64,000 bases of DNA from an uncultured bacterium. Its GTDB lineage: Bacteria; Verrucomicrobiota; Kiritimatiellia; RFP12; UBA1067. Shown in pieces: positions 16,952 through 25,236 of this stretch. A program made the position numbers and the translations under genes. Each line of letters starts with the position of its first letter. Position 1 is the stretch's first letter. The notes beneath the pieces are model-generated. The model worked only from the letters and a program-made list of their open reading frames with translations. It was not told the origin of the DNA and did no database searches. The stretch spans positions 571-64,570 of the forward strand of contig CACZCD010000008.1 in NCBI GenBank assembly GCA_902779565.1. Reading direction: 5' to 3'.

Positions 16952-19610
16952 TGCCGCAGGGCTTGAGTGGGATCCGCAGAACGCCGCCCGCACGCTTACG
17001 CTCACCAACAAGACGGCCCAGACGACGGTGGGCGATCTTGTCGCGAAGAGCGGCGTGCTGCGTCTCTCCAACGGGATCACGTTCACCCGTCTCGGACATA
17101 TCTCGGTGGGCGCGAGCGGCACGTTCTCGGCGGGCGCGGGGGCGGAAATCTTCGCCACGAACGTGGTGATGGAGACGGGTGCGAAATTTGTGCTGGAGAG
17201 CGGCCGCACCATTCGCTGCATCCATGCTTCGGTTGACGGCACGCCGCTTGCCGACGGACGGTACGACGCGGACTCCACGGAAGTGGACATCGAAGGTAAC
17301 GGCGTGCTGGTGGTGGACTCCACCCAGAACATCTGGGACGGCGGCGCGACGGGGAGCTGGAGCGATCCGGCCAACTGGTCGCTGGGGATGGTTCCGCAGG
17401 CGGGGCAGTCTGCGACGCTGCCGGCCGGTTGCACCGTGACGCTCGCGGAATCGACGCCCCGGCTGAAGGAAGTGGTGGTGGCCGTCGGCGCAACGCTTGT
17501 GGCGTCCAACTGGGCGACCTGCGTGAACGCGGATCGGGTGTCGGTGGCCGGCACGGTGACGGCGACGGGGCCGTTCACGAACGAACTGCATAAGTCACGC
17601 GTCTGGATCAGCTGCGGAGATCTGGAAGTTGCGGCATCGGGCAAGATCGACGTGGCCGGCAAGGGATGGAAAGGCGGCGTGAACGGCGTATATGCCCTGT
17701 CCTACACCAACTATGCCGCGCGCGCCGGCTGGGGTCCTGGAGGCGTGAGCACCGGCTACAACGGCGCTTCACACATGGGGCTTGGCGGATATCCGTCCTA
17801 CTATTCATACCGGCTCAGCCGCACGTACGACGATCCGTTCGCCCCGGTGGAGCCTGGTTCAGGCGGATACGGCATGAACTACACCAGCGTGCAGACGCCT
17901 GACGGCGGCGGAGCGGTGAGGATCGAGGCGACGGGGGCTGTCGTGATGAACGGTTCGATCCTTGCGGATGGCGACGCGATCTACGCCATAAAGGCCGGAA
18001 CGTCCTCCAACGACGGCGACACCGGCGCGTCAGGCGGCAGCGTGTGGATCACCTGCGGATGCCTCTCTGGCTCCGGCACCATCAGCGCGACCGGCGGTGA
18101 CGGGAAGAATGGCATCTACCAGCCCAACTTCTATGCGGCCGAAGGCGGCACGAGTTCGCCTTCCCTTGCGGGTGCCGGTGGCGGCGTGCGCGTGGAGTAC
18201 AACGCCTCCCGCCAGACCGCTGAGATGGTCTCCGGCATGACGATCTCCGCCGCGGGCGGCATCTGCCACGGCAAGGTTAAGCTTACATGGCCCATCATGG
18301 ACCGGTACTGCTCCGAAGCGGAACCTGGCACGCTGACCTTCACGGACGACAAGCTTGTGACGGCGTTGATCGGCAATGGGCTCTGCGGGCGCATAATGGG
18401 GATCCAGTCCTACACCCATCCGGGCGACCTCGACTGGTCGTATGGGCACGTGAGGTTTGCGGCAACCGGCGTGACGGTGAACGTGACGGGGAACCTGACG
18501 ATCACCGGAGGAAGTTCGCGCCTTGACGTGGGCGGCGTCTATAAGCGCATCTACGCTACGCGGCCCTATGTGGTGGCGGGCGACAGCCCTGTGGCGCTCA
18601 ATGTGGGCGGAGATCTCGTCGTCTCGAACGGTGCGGCGTTTGCGGTGTACGCGGCGGCGACGAACGCGACCGACGGCTGGGGCGGCGTGGTGACGGTCGG
18701 CGGCGCCTTCTCGGTCGGCTCGGGCGGTTTCGTCTATCCCGTGAGCGACTACGTGAACACGGGCTCGCCGCGCTTCCGCGCCGGATCGTTCACGGTGGAG
18801 GAAGGCGGTTTGGTGGACGCCAACGGACGGGGAGGTTCTGGCGCGTGGTCGGCGGGCGTGTATCAGGCCAGGTACGGCGGCGAATACGCGCTCCGTTCGC
18901 GTGGCTGCGGGATTGGCGCCGGAAACAATTGCGCAAGCTCGGGGCATGGCGGAGCGGGAGCGGTCTCCTACATCGACACCTCTGTGTTCAGCGGTCGCAG
19001 CAAGAGCGCGACGGCCGGTGTCGTCTGCGACGATCCGTACAGGCCGACGCTTCCGGGCGCGGGCGGCGGCGCGCAGGGATACGGCTATCCGGGCGACGGC
19101 GGCGGCATCTTCTTCCTGGAATCGCCGGGCGCGATCCGCGTTGACGGCACGATCCGGGCGGATGGCTGGTGGGGCGTCTATTACAGCGATGGTGGCTACA
19201 TGTACCAGTTCGGCAGCGGTGCGGGCGGGACGGTGTTCCTCGGCGGCGCGACGTTCACGGCAGGCGCGAATGCAAGGCTCTCCGCGCGCGGCGGCGATTC
19301 GTGGCAGACCCGCAACGACGGCGCGGACGTCTCGGCCACGGGCGGCGGCGGACGCATCGCGGTGCAGATTGGCTACGGGCGCGAGCTTGCCGGCGAACAT
19401 TCGGCCTACATCCATACGCAGGACAGGAACCGTGTGGATCTCACGAATGCAGGATTCTCCTTCCTCGGCGTGGCGGACGCCTCCGGCGGCACGAACCGCT
19501 ACGTCACCACCACCCACGTCGAACCGCCGGCATCCGCGCTCGGCGGCGACGGCACGGTGTGGTTCACGTTGGTGCGTCCGCCGTTCGGCGTGAAGATAAT
19601 CGTGAGGTAG
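16521..19610 (+). CDS. adhesin-like protein 2, C-terminal part (+1 frame relative to 15764 ORF)
   Basis: From ~16,596 (GSTGVFNIYYEGTLNV...) it is co-linear with 12672..15710 (LDLGGYDQK, WDPQNA, GxGPGG and SGGSVWITCGCLSGSGTISATGG blocks). It ends ...PPFGVKIIVR*. Confidence 0.7.
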   Translation: MRLRVCTGSRARCLRRSACGWGARTGSTGVFNIYYEGTLNVSLLNGSGNYSHVYLMTTGNSFSQSGALTMHCGVENAYPATRSGVWRWNSNYMKLDLGGYDQKITSISGYEEKANQHGFLSATPAKVRFVGVGSNFSFGGCFYDAAGLEWDPQNAARTLTLTNKTAQTTVGDLVAKSGVLRLSNGITFTRLGHISVGASGTFSAGAGAEIFATNVVMETGAKFVLESGRTIRCIHASVDGTPLADGRYDADSTEVDIEGNGVLVVDSTQNIWDGGATGSWSDPANWSLGMVPQAGQSATLPAGCTVTLAESTPRLKEVVVAVGATLVASNWATCVNADRVSVAGTVTATGPFTNELHKSRVWISCGDLEVAASGKIDVAGKGWKGGVNGVYALSYTNYAARAGWGPGGVSTGYNGASHMGLGGYPSYYSYRLSRTYDDPFAPVEPGSGGYGMNYTSVQTPDGGGAVRIEATGAVVMNGSILADGDAIYAIKAGTSSNDGDTGASGGSVWITCGCLSGSGTISATGGDGKNGIYQPNFYAAEGGTSSPSLAGAGGGVRVEYNASRQTAEMVSGMTISAAGGICHGKVKLTWPIMDRYCSEAEPGTLTFTDDKLVTALIGNGLCGRIMGIQSYTHPGDLDWSYGHVRFAATGVTVNVTGNLTITGGSSRLDVGGVYKRIYATRPYVVAGDSPVALNVGGDLVVSNGAAFAVYAAATNATDGWGGVVTVGGAFSVGSGGFVYPVSDYVNTGSPRFRAGSFTVEEGGLVDANGRGGSGAWSAGVYQARYGGEYALRSRGCGIGAGNNCASSGHGGAGAVSYIDTSVFSGRSKSATAGVVCDDPYRPTLPGAGGGAQGYGYPGDGGGIFFLESPGAIRVDGTIRADGWWGVYYSDGGYMYQFGSGAGGTVFLGGATFTAGANARLSARGGDSWQTRNDGADVSATGGGGRIAVQIGYGRELAGEHSAYIHTQDRNRVDLTNAGFSFLGVADASGGTNRYVTTTHVEPPASALGGDGTVWFTLVRPPFGVKIIVR

Positions 19611-19663
19611 TTGTTAGTCGTTAGTTGTTAGTCGTTAGTGGTTAGTCGTTAGTGGTTAATGGA
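19608..19663 (+). repeat. tandem heptamer array (TAGTNGT) x8
   Basis: The first TAG is the stop codon of adhesin gene 2. The array is followed by the same TAATGGAGACAACGATGAAGCGAG cassette as at 15750. Confidence 0.9.
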
Positions 19664-19670
19664 GACAACG

Positions 19671-21923
19671 ATGAAGCGAGAGGTTGTTCTTGTTGCGGCG
19701 GTGGTTGCGATGGAGGCGTTTGCGGCGCTCCCGCCGGAGGCGCCGACGGTACGGCGGGATCATCCGCGCCTGTTCTTCAATTCCGAGACGTGGCCGGCGG
19801 TGAAGGCGCGCGCGTTCGGTGCGGCGAAGGGCGATCTGGACCGTCTGCTTGCGACATGCGACAAATATCCATCGAACCCCAAGTGCTCCGGCACGGAGCC
19901 GGCGCCGCCCGGATGGTCGAGCGCCACGCCGCTTCCGCCCATTAAGGAATGGGGCGTCCCGGCGGCTCGGTGTGCACTCGCGTGGCGGTTCACCGGCAAG
20001 CCCGAATATCTCGAGAAGGCGAAGCGGATGCTGGTCGTGAGCGTGGCGGCGTATGGCGAGGCGTACCGGAACCGGCGCGCGGTGTGCTGGGAGTCCACCT
20101 CGCGCATCCTCGCCATCTGCGCCTATGACTGGATCTTCGAGGCGCTCACGCCGGAGGAGCGGCGCGCGATCATCGTGCCGCTGACGCAGCATGTGGAGGA
20201 TGTGCAGCCCGGCAAGGGCCGTCCCGCGATCGTGCGGCGCAACACGGGCGCCTCGACCTCCGGGTGCTACGGCGTTCCCTCGCTCCTGTGGTATTCGGGC
20301 GTGGCGGCTTGCGGCGACGGGTTCTGCGACGAGCTGGCGACGCGCCATATCAAGCAGGGCTACAAGGTGATTCTCGATACGCTTGCCTTCCGCGACAGGA
20401 TCGCCGGCGACGACGGTGCGCTTTCGGGCGCCGTGGCGGGATACTCGATGGGCGCGTATCCGTGGGCGCACTTCAACTTCTTCCATACGCTCGCCTCCGC
20501 CGCCGGCGTGGACGCCGCCGCGGAGTATCCGAACCTCGCGCTCTTCCCCAACTGGATCTGGTGGAACTGGATTCCGTCGAAGGCGGGTCCGCTGCATTTC
20601 GGATTCGGCGATACGCGCCACGCGCAGAACCGACTGCCGGTCGGTTTCCTCTACGAGCACATGACGCAGTATGCCTTCTCCTACAGGAAGGTGTCGCCGG
20701 ACGCGGCGCGGCTCGCGATGTCCTTGCGCGAACAGGGGCCGAAAGGCGCGCTTGGCGCTACATGGCCCATGTATCCGTTCATCTTCGTGGACGTGGACGA
20801 CGTGAAGCCGTTCTCGGCGGAGGAGCTGGACGGCTTCCCGCTCAAGGCCCGCCATTTCGAGAGCGTCGGGCAGTTCGTGATGCGCAGCGGCTGGAACAAG
20901 GACGCCACGTTCTGCCTGTTCACGTCCGGCGGCGAGGTGACGCAGCACCGGCACTACGACGAGAACAACTTCGTGATCTACCGCAACGGTTTCCAGGCGC
21001 TCGATTCCGGTTCGCGCGCGCGGCAGACGGATCACAACCTCACCTACTACTACGCGCAGACGGTCGCCCACAACTGCATTCTCATCCACCGTCAGCCGGA
21101 GGAGCCGATCACGCTCTACTGGGGACTGAAGTACGATGGGCCCGAAGGGAAGTTCACGTATGGCGGACAGGGGCGTGCGAGGGCGACGCCGCTGGCGTTC
21201 GAGACGTGCGACCTATATTCCTACGTCGCATCGGACGCGACGAGCAGCTACGGCGCGAAGTGCAAGGAGGCCGTGCGGCAGTTCGTGCACGTGCTGCCGG
21301 ACGTGTTCGTGGTGTACGACCGCGTGGCGGCGGCCGAAGCCTCCTACGCGAAGGAATGGCTGCTCCACACGCAGAACGAGCCGGAGATCGAGGGAGGGCT
21401 TGTCCGCGCCTCGGCCGCGGATGGCGCAATCTGCTCGCGCACGCTGCTGCCGGAAGGGGCGGAGATCGGCAAGGTCGGCGGCCCGGGCAAGGAGTACTGG
21501 TGCTCGGGGCGGAACTGGCCGCTTGATGAACGCTACGTGCGCGATTCCGAGAAGGAATGCGCGAAGAGCGGAAACGGACCTTGGTTCGGGCAGTGGCGCG
21601 TGGAGGTGAAGCCGAAGACGTCGGCGGTTGATGACCGGTTCCTGCATGTGATCAACGTGGGCGAAACCGGATGCCGTCCGGTGGAGAGCGAATATCAGAA
21701 GGGCGCAACCACCGATGGTGTGCGCATCAAGGTGCCGGGCGCGAAGGTCCGGGGCGCGGAGGGCACGCTGGAGGTGTCGGTCGTCTTCAACCGGATAGGA
21801 TCGGTGGGCGGCGAGATCCATTTCCGCCTTGTGTCTGGCGACGGAAAGATAGTGTTTGCCGATAGCTTCCGCTTGGCGGAGACCGTCACACCCCAATCGG
21901 GCGTTTTTTCAGAAAGGAAATGA
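19671..21923 (+). CDS. secreted heparinase II/III-family polysaccharide lyase-like protein
   Basis: MKREVVLVAAVVAMEAFA signal peptide. The N-terminal alpha/alpha toroid-like part (ILAICAYDWIFEALTPEERRAII) and HRHYDENNFVIYRNG...TVAHNCILIH are typical of Hepar_II_III proteins. Confidence 0.75.
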   Translation: MKREVVLVAAVVAMEAFAALPPEAPTVRRDHPRLFFNSETWPAVKARAFGAAKGDLDRLLATCDKYPSNPKCSGTEPAPPGWSSATPLPPIKEWGVPAARCALAWRFTGKPEYLEKAKRMLVVSVAAYGEAYRNRRAVCWESTSRILAICAYDWIFEALTPEERRAIIVPLTQHVEDVQPGKGRPAIVRRNTGASTSGCYGVPSLLWYSGVAACGDGFCDELATRHIKQGYKVILDTLAFRDRIAGDDGALSGAVAGYSMGAYPWAHFNFFHTLASAAGVDAAAEYPNLALFPNWIWWNWIPSKAGPLHFGFGDTRHAQNRLPVGFLYEHMTQYAFSYRKVSPDAARLAMSLREQGPKGALGATWPMYPFIFVDVDDVKPFSAEELDGFPLKARHFESVGQFVMRSGWNKDATFCLFTSGGEVTQHRHYDENNFVIYRNGFQALDSGSRARQTDHNLTYYYAQTVAHNCILIHRQPEEPITLYWGLKYDGPEGKFTYGGQGRARATPLAFETCDLYSYVASDATSSYGAKCKEAVRQFVHVLPDVFVVYDRVAAAEASYAKEWLLHTQNEPEIEGGLVRASAADGAICSRTLLPEGAEIGKVGGPGKEYWCSGRNWPLDERYVRDSEKECAKSGNGPWFGQWRVEVKPKTSAVDDRFLHVINVGETGCRPVESEYQKGATTDGVRIKVPGAKVRGAEGTLEVSVVFNRIGSVGGEIHFRLVSGDGKIVFADSFRLAETVTPQSGVFSERK

Positions 21924-21927
21924 AGCA

Positions 21928-23130
21928 ATGAATACATCCAGAAAAGGTTTTCTCAGTTCGATGTCGCTTGCGGCGGCGTTTGCGGGATGCAGCACCACGA
22001 AGGGGATACAGCCCACGCGCTTCAAGCCGTTCGAGGTGCCGGGGCTTAAGCCGCGCCCGGACTTCTGGAAGGTGCGCCCGGCCGAGATCATCGAGCTTTG
22101 CGAGAGCGCCACGAAGTGCTCGCGCAAGGAGGTGATCTGCCATACGCCGCTCGGCTATCCCGTCTATGCGCTCTTCTACGGGGACTTCAACGAACCGCCA
22201 CCGCAGACGAACTGGTCGGCCGGCAAGGGGTCCACCACCTACCGCAACTACTACGGCCGCCAGCAGGGCGGCGTGCAGACGTTCCTGTTCATTGCCGGCG
22301 TGCATGGCGCGGAGCCGGAGACGGTGGCGGGTGCGATGAACCTCATCAAGATGCTGGAGACGGGCACCGACTTCAGGGGGCGCAAAGACCAGAAGTTCCT
22401 TGACCTCGTGGGCAAGTACCGATTCATCGTGGTGCCCTGCGTGAACATGGACGGGCGCGCGATATCGCCCGACCACCTGCATGAAGTCGATTGGGTGACG
22501 TTCCGCAAGGTGTCGCAGGGCACGTGGAAGGACGGCTCGCTCGTGGGCTGGCGCGGCAGCAAGGCGTGGTTCCCGCTGCCGCTCGACAAGGTGAGCTATC
22601 CGGGCGGCTATCCGAACGCAGACGGCTACAACATCATGCACGACGCGGCGCCGGGCGATCTCCGCACGGAGGAGGCCAAGGCGCTCCTGAAACTCGCCGC
22701 CCGCTGGCGCGTGGACGCGGTGCTGAACGGGCACTCCTACGAATGGGAGCCGTCGGTGCTGATGCCGGGCGCGATCGACTACCCGGAGAAGCTGGAGCGC
22801 ACATGCGAGGTCCGTTACCGGTGCAACCTTGCGATGCACAAGGCGGGCCTGATCAAGGTGGAGCCGAAGCCGCCGTCTGAGGACAAGCGGCGTCCGGCGG
22901 GGGCGGGGTTCAACATCAACACCCTGTTCGCGCTCGCGTCCGGCGCGCTGACGCTCACGCTCGAGTGCTCGGTCTCTTACGACAAGAACAAGCCGAACAT
23001 CTCGCCCACGCGGACGTACACGTTCGATGAACTGCTGGAGGTGACCTACGTGACGGTAAAGGCGATCCTCGAGTCCGGCCTCGAGAAGCCTTTTGTGAAC
23101 CGCGGCCCCGAGACGGTCTATAAGGATTGA
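21928..23130 (+). CDS. lipoprotein, M14-type zinc carboxypeptidase-like
   Basis: MNTSRKGFLSSMSLAAAFAGCST lipobox. IAGVHGAEPE (HxxE) and a downstream NGHSYEW His. VPCVNMDGR. Confidence 0.55.
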   Translation: MNTSRKGFLSSMSLAAAFAGCSTTKGIQPTRFKPFEVPGLKPRPDFWKVRPAEIIELCESATKCSRKEVICHTPLGYPVYALFYGDFNEPPPQTNWSAGKGSTTYRNYYGRQQGGVQTFLFIAGVHGAEPETVAGAMNLIKMLETGTDFRGRKDQKFLDLVGKYRFIVVPCVNMDGRAISPDHLHEVDWVTFRKVSQGTWKDGSLVGWRGSKAWFPLPLDKVSYPGGYPNADGYNIMHDAAPGDLRTEEAKALLKLAARWRVDAVLNGHSYEWEPSVLMPGAIDYPEKLERTCEVRYRCNLAMHKAGLIKVEPKPPSEDKRRPAGAGFNINTLFALASGALTLTLECSVSYDKNKPNISPTRTYTFDELLEVTYVTVKAILESGLEKPFVNRGPETVYKD

Positions 23131-23167
23131 GCCTCAGGCCGGCGCCTCCGCGCGGCGGGGAGGTTTG

Positions 23168-23176
23168 TGGTATAAT
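23168..23176 (+). promoter_or_regulatory. extended -10 box TGGTATAAT, leaderless transcript
   Basis: TATAAT ends at 23176 and the ATG is at 23183 (6-nt gap). Confidence 0.5.
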
Positions 23177-23182
23177 TGGGGC

Positions 23183-23698
23183 ATGAATCAAGACCAGACA
23201 ATGTTTGCGGAGATGCTCGGAATCCGCAAGACGCCGCCGCCCGAGGAGAAGCCCCACGTCGTGAGGTCCGTGGACCACGGCGCGTCGGAGGCGGGCGAGT
23301 TCATCGACGAGCTGGACATCCAGAAGGAGGTCGTCGAGGAGATGGCCCGCGAGAAGGCCGAGCTCGAGGAACGCTATGGTCTGCTCGAGACCGAACGCCA
23401 GAAGCTCGAGACCGAGAAGCAGACGCTTGAAGCGGAGAAGCAGACCCTCGAAAACGAGAAGAAGGCGCTGGTGGAGGCGCGCGCCGCCCTTGAGGAGTCG
23501 AAACGCGCGGTCGAGGCGGAGAAGGAGGCGCTTGAGGCGCGCCTTTCCGCGATGGAGGGCGACTTCGCGGAGCTGAAGAGCGAACTGGAGCGCGCACGGC
23601 TCGACAACAGCGAACTGGAGGAGAAGCTGGCGCGGATGGGACGTTCCCTCGCCGCCGCCCGGCGCGCACGCTACACCTCGACGGCGGACAAGTCATGA
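23183..23698 (+). CDS. coiled-coil protein, unknown function
   Basis: Long heptad-like E/K/L-rich stretch (LETERQKLETEKQTLEAEKQTLENEKKALVEARAALEESK...). The stop overlaps the next start (ATGA at 23695). Confidence 0.55.
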   Translation: MNQDQTMFAEMLGIRKTPPPEEKPHVVRSVDHGASEAGEFIDELDIQKEVVEEMAREKAELEERYGLLETERQKLETEKQTLEAEKQTLENEKKALVEARAALEESKRAVEAEKEALEARLSAMEGDFAELKSELERARLDNSELEEKLARMGRSLAAARRARYTSTADKS

Positions 23699-24720
23699 TG
23701 GAGATTCTTTTCTCGGGCTGCCGGAGCGGCAAGTTCCCGCTTGAATACGCGCGCGCGCACCATAGCGACAAGGTGACGGTGCATGCCTACGACGCGTATC
23801 AAGCGCGCAAGATCCGTGAGGACGTCGGGCCGAAGACGAACGTCACCGTCCTCTGCGAGGAACATTTGCCGGACGGCGCGAGCTACGCCCACGCGTACTA
23901 TTACGCCACGTCGAAGCTCGTGAGCGCGGAGCTGGAACTGGACACGCTTCAGGATATCTATCTTCATCTCGACGAAGGTGCCCGCCTCGTCACCGAGGGC
24001 GTCGCGCCCGAAACGCTCGGGAAGCTCTTCGCGAAGGTCGAGAGCACGCGCGCCTCGCGGCGCGGTCCCGTTCGGTGCGTCTGCACGAAGAAGGGGGCGC
24101 TGAAGCGCGTCCGCACGTTCGCCGCCGAATTCGAGGCGTCCGTCCCCGGCGGCGAGAAGCTGAAGTTCGTCTCGCTGCCCGGCTGTTTCTGCCATCGCCG
24201 TCCCGACGAAGGCGGGCTCGCGTTGGCGGAGGTCGTCGCGAAGGCCGTCGCGGAATTGCCGTCGCCGCTGGTGACGTCGTTTCCGGTTCTGGATATCGGC
24301 TGCGGCTGCGGCCTCGTCGGTCTTCTCGTTGCCGATGCGCTGCGCCGCCGCGGCGTGACGGAGGCCCCGCTCACGCTCGTCGATTCGCATACGCGCGCCA
24401 TCGCCGCCGCGCGCCGGAACGCCGATGTCCTCTACCCTGCCGCCGAATGTCTGCTTTCGGATTGCGGCCTGCCGCCGGATCATCCGAACCGCGGACGCTT
24501 CCGCTTTGCGCTCGCCAATCCACCCTACTATGGCGAAGGACGCATCGCCGATCTCTTCGCGGAAATCGCCGCCGCCTCGCTCGCGCCGGATGGCGTGTGC
24601 TGGATGGTCGCGAAAACCCCCGACATCATCCGCGCGGCATGCGAGAAGTGCTTCAGCAAGGTGGAAACCCTCAAACGCCGCGGCTACACGGTGTTGAAAG
24701 CATTAGTTGTTAGTGGCTAG
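23695..24720 (+). CDS. class I SAM-dependent methyltransferase (RsmC/RlmG-like small-MTase domain)
   Basis: VLDIGCGCGLVGL (motif I) and FALANPPYY (motif IV). The last codons (ALVVSG*) already lie inside the heptamer array. Confidence 0.65.
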   Translation: MMEILFSGCRSGKFPLEYARAHHSDKVTVHAYDAYQARKIREDVGPKTNVTVLCEEHLPDGASYAHAYYYATSKLVSAELELDTLQDIYLHLDEGARLVTEGVAPETLGKLFAKVESTRASRRGPVRCVCTKKGALKRVRTFAAEFEASVPGGEKLKFVSLPGCFCHRRPDEGGLALAEVVAKAVAELPSPLVTSFPVLDIGCGCGLVGLLVADALRRRGVTEAPLTLVDSHTRAIAAARRNADVLYPAAECLLSDCGLPPDHPNRGRFRFALANPPYYGEGRIADLFAEIAAASLAPDGVCWMVAKTPDIIRAACEKCFSKVETLKRRGYTVLKALVVSG

Positions 24721-24794
24721 TGGTTAGTGACTAGTGGCTAGTGGTTAGTGGTTAGTTGTTAGTGGTTAGTTGTTAGTGGCTAGTTGTTAGTTTA
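24704..24794 (+). repeat. tandem heptamer array (TAGTKGY) x13
   Basis: 13 consecutive 7-nt units. The third TAG (24718-24720) is the methyltransferase stop codon. Confidence 0.92.
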
Positions 24795-24856
24795 GGGTTT
24801 CCAGTTTGGAGTTTAGCGGTTCCGCATTCGCTGAAGCCACGGCGCGATAAAAGTCG

Positions 24857-24905
24857 TAGTGGTTAGTGGTTGGTTGTTAGTTGTTAGTGGCTAGTTGTTA
24901 ATTGC
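24857..24905 (+). repeat. tandem heptamer array x7 (second block)
   Basis: tagtggt tagtggt tggttgt tagttgt tagtggc tagttgt taattgc. Confidence 0.85.
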
Positions 24906-24926
24906 CACACGGGGAAGCATTGCCAC

Positions 24927-25035
24927 AAACTCTCCCCCTGAGACAGGGGGAGTGCCCCGGAGGGGCGAGGGGGTATGATTCCGTCCCCCGTCATACTCCC
25001 CCGGCCTGCGGCCACCCCCTCTATCTTAGAGGGGG
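24927..25035. repeat. REP-like cluster of four G/C-rich hairpins; the first 55 nt recur at 29396-29449
   Basis: Four hairpins: CTCCCCCTG-aga-CAGGGGGAG (24932-24952), GCCCC-gga-GGGGC (24954-24966), GGGGGTATGA...TCATAC(T)CCCCC (24969-25002) and CCCCCTCT-atctt-AGAGGGGG (25015-25035). Confidence 0.75.
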
Positions 25036-25085
25036 AGCCAGCAATGCGCGGAGCGCCCGAAGGGGCGGCGAGACGGCGGGAGACA

Positions 25086-25155
25086 CGCACCGCGCCCCGC
25101 GCCCCACGCACCACGCACCACGCACCCCGCACCACGCACCAGGCACCGCGCACCA
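25086..25155. repeat. tandem heptamer array (CGCMCCR) x10, G/C-rich and stop-free
   Basis: cgcaccg cgccccg cgcccca cgcacca cgcacca cgcaccc cgcacca cgcacca ggcaccg cgcacca. The minus strand reads TGGTGCG, sharing TGGT with the TGGTTAG units. Confidence 0.85.
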
Positions 25156-25219
25156 CACACTTACGCATCAGGCGTAGACACGCAATTCACTAACCCATGA
25201 CGAACTTCACGGACAAATG

Positions 25220-25228
25220 TGATATAAT
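25220..25228 (+). promoter_or_regulatory. extended -10 box TGaTATAAT, leaderless murI transcript
   Basis: TATAAT ends at 25228 and the ATG is at 25237 (8-nt gap). Confidence 0.5.
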
Positions 25229-25236
25229 CGGGGGCC

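Noticed and set aside
24704-24794. Heptamer arrays as telomere-like repeats (TTAGTGG versus TTAGGG) or as integron attC core sites (GTTRRRY).
   Set aside because: The arrays are internal to a bacterial chromosome between ordinary genes and occur in both orientations. GTTAGTG does not satisfy GTTRRRY. There is no intI gene and no imperfect-palindrome attC architecture.
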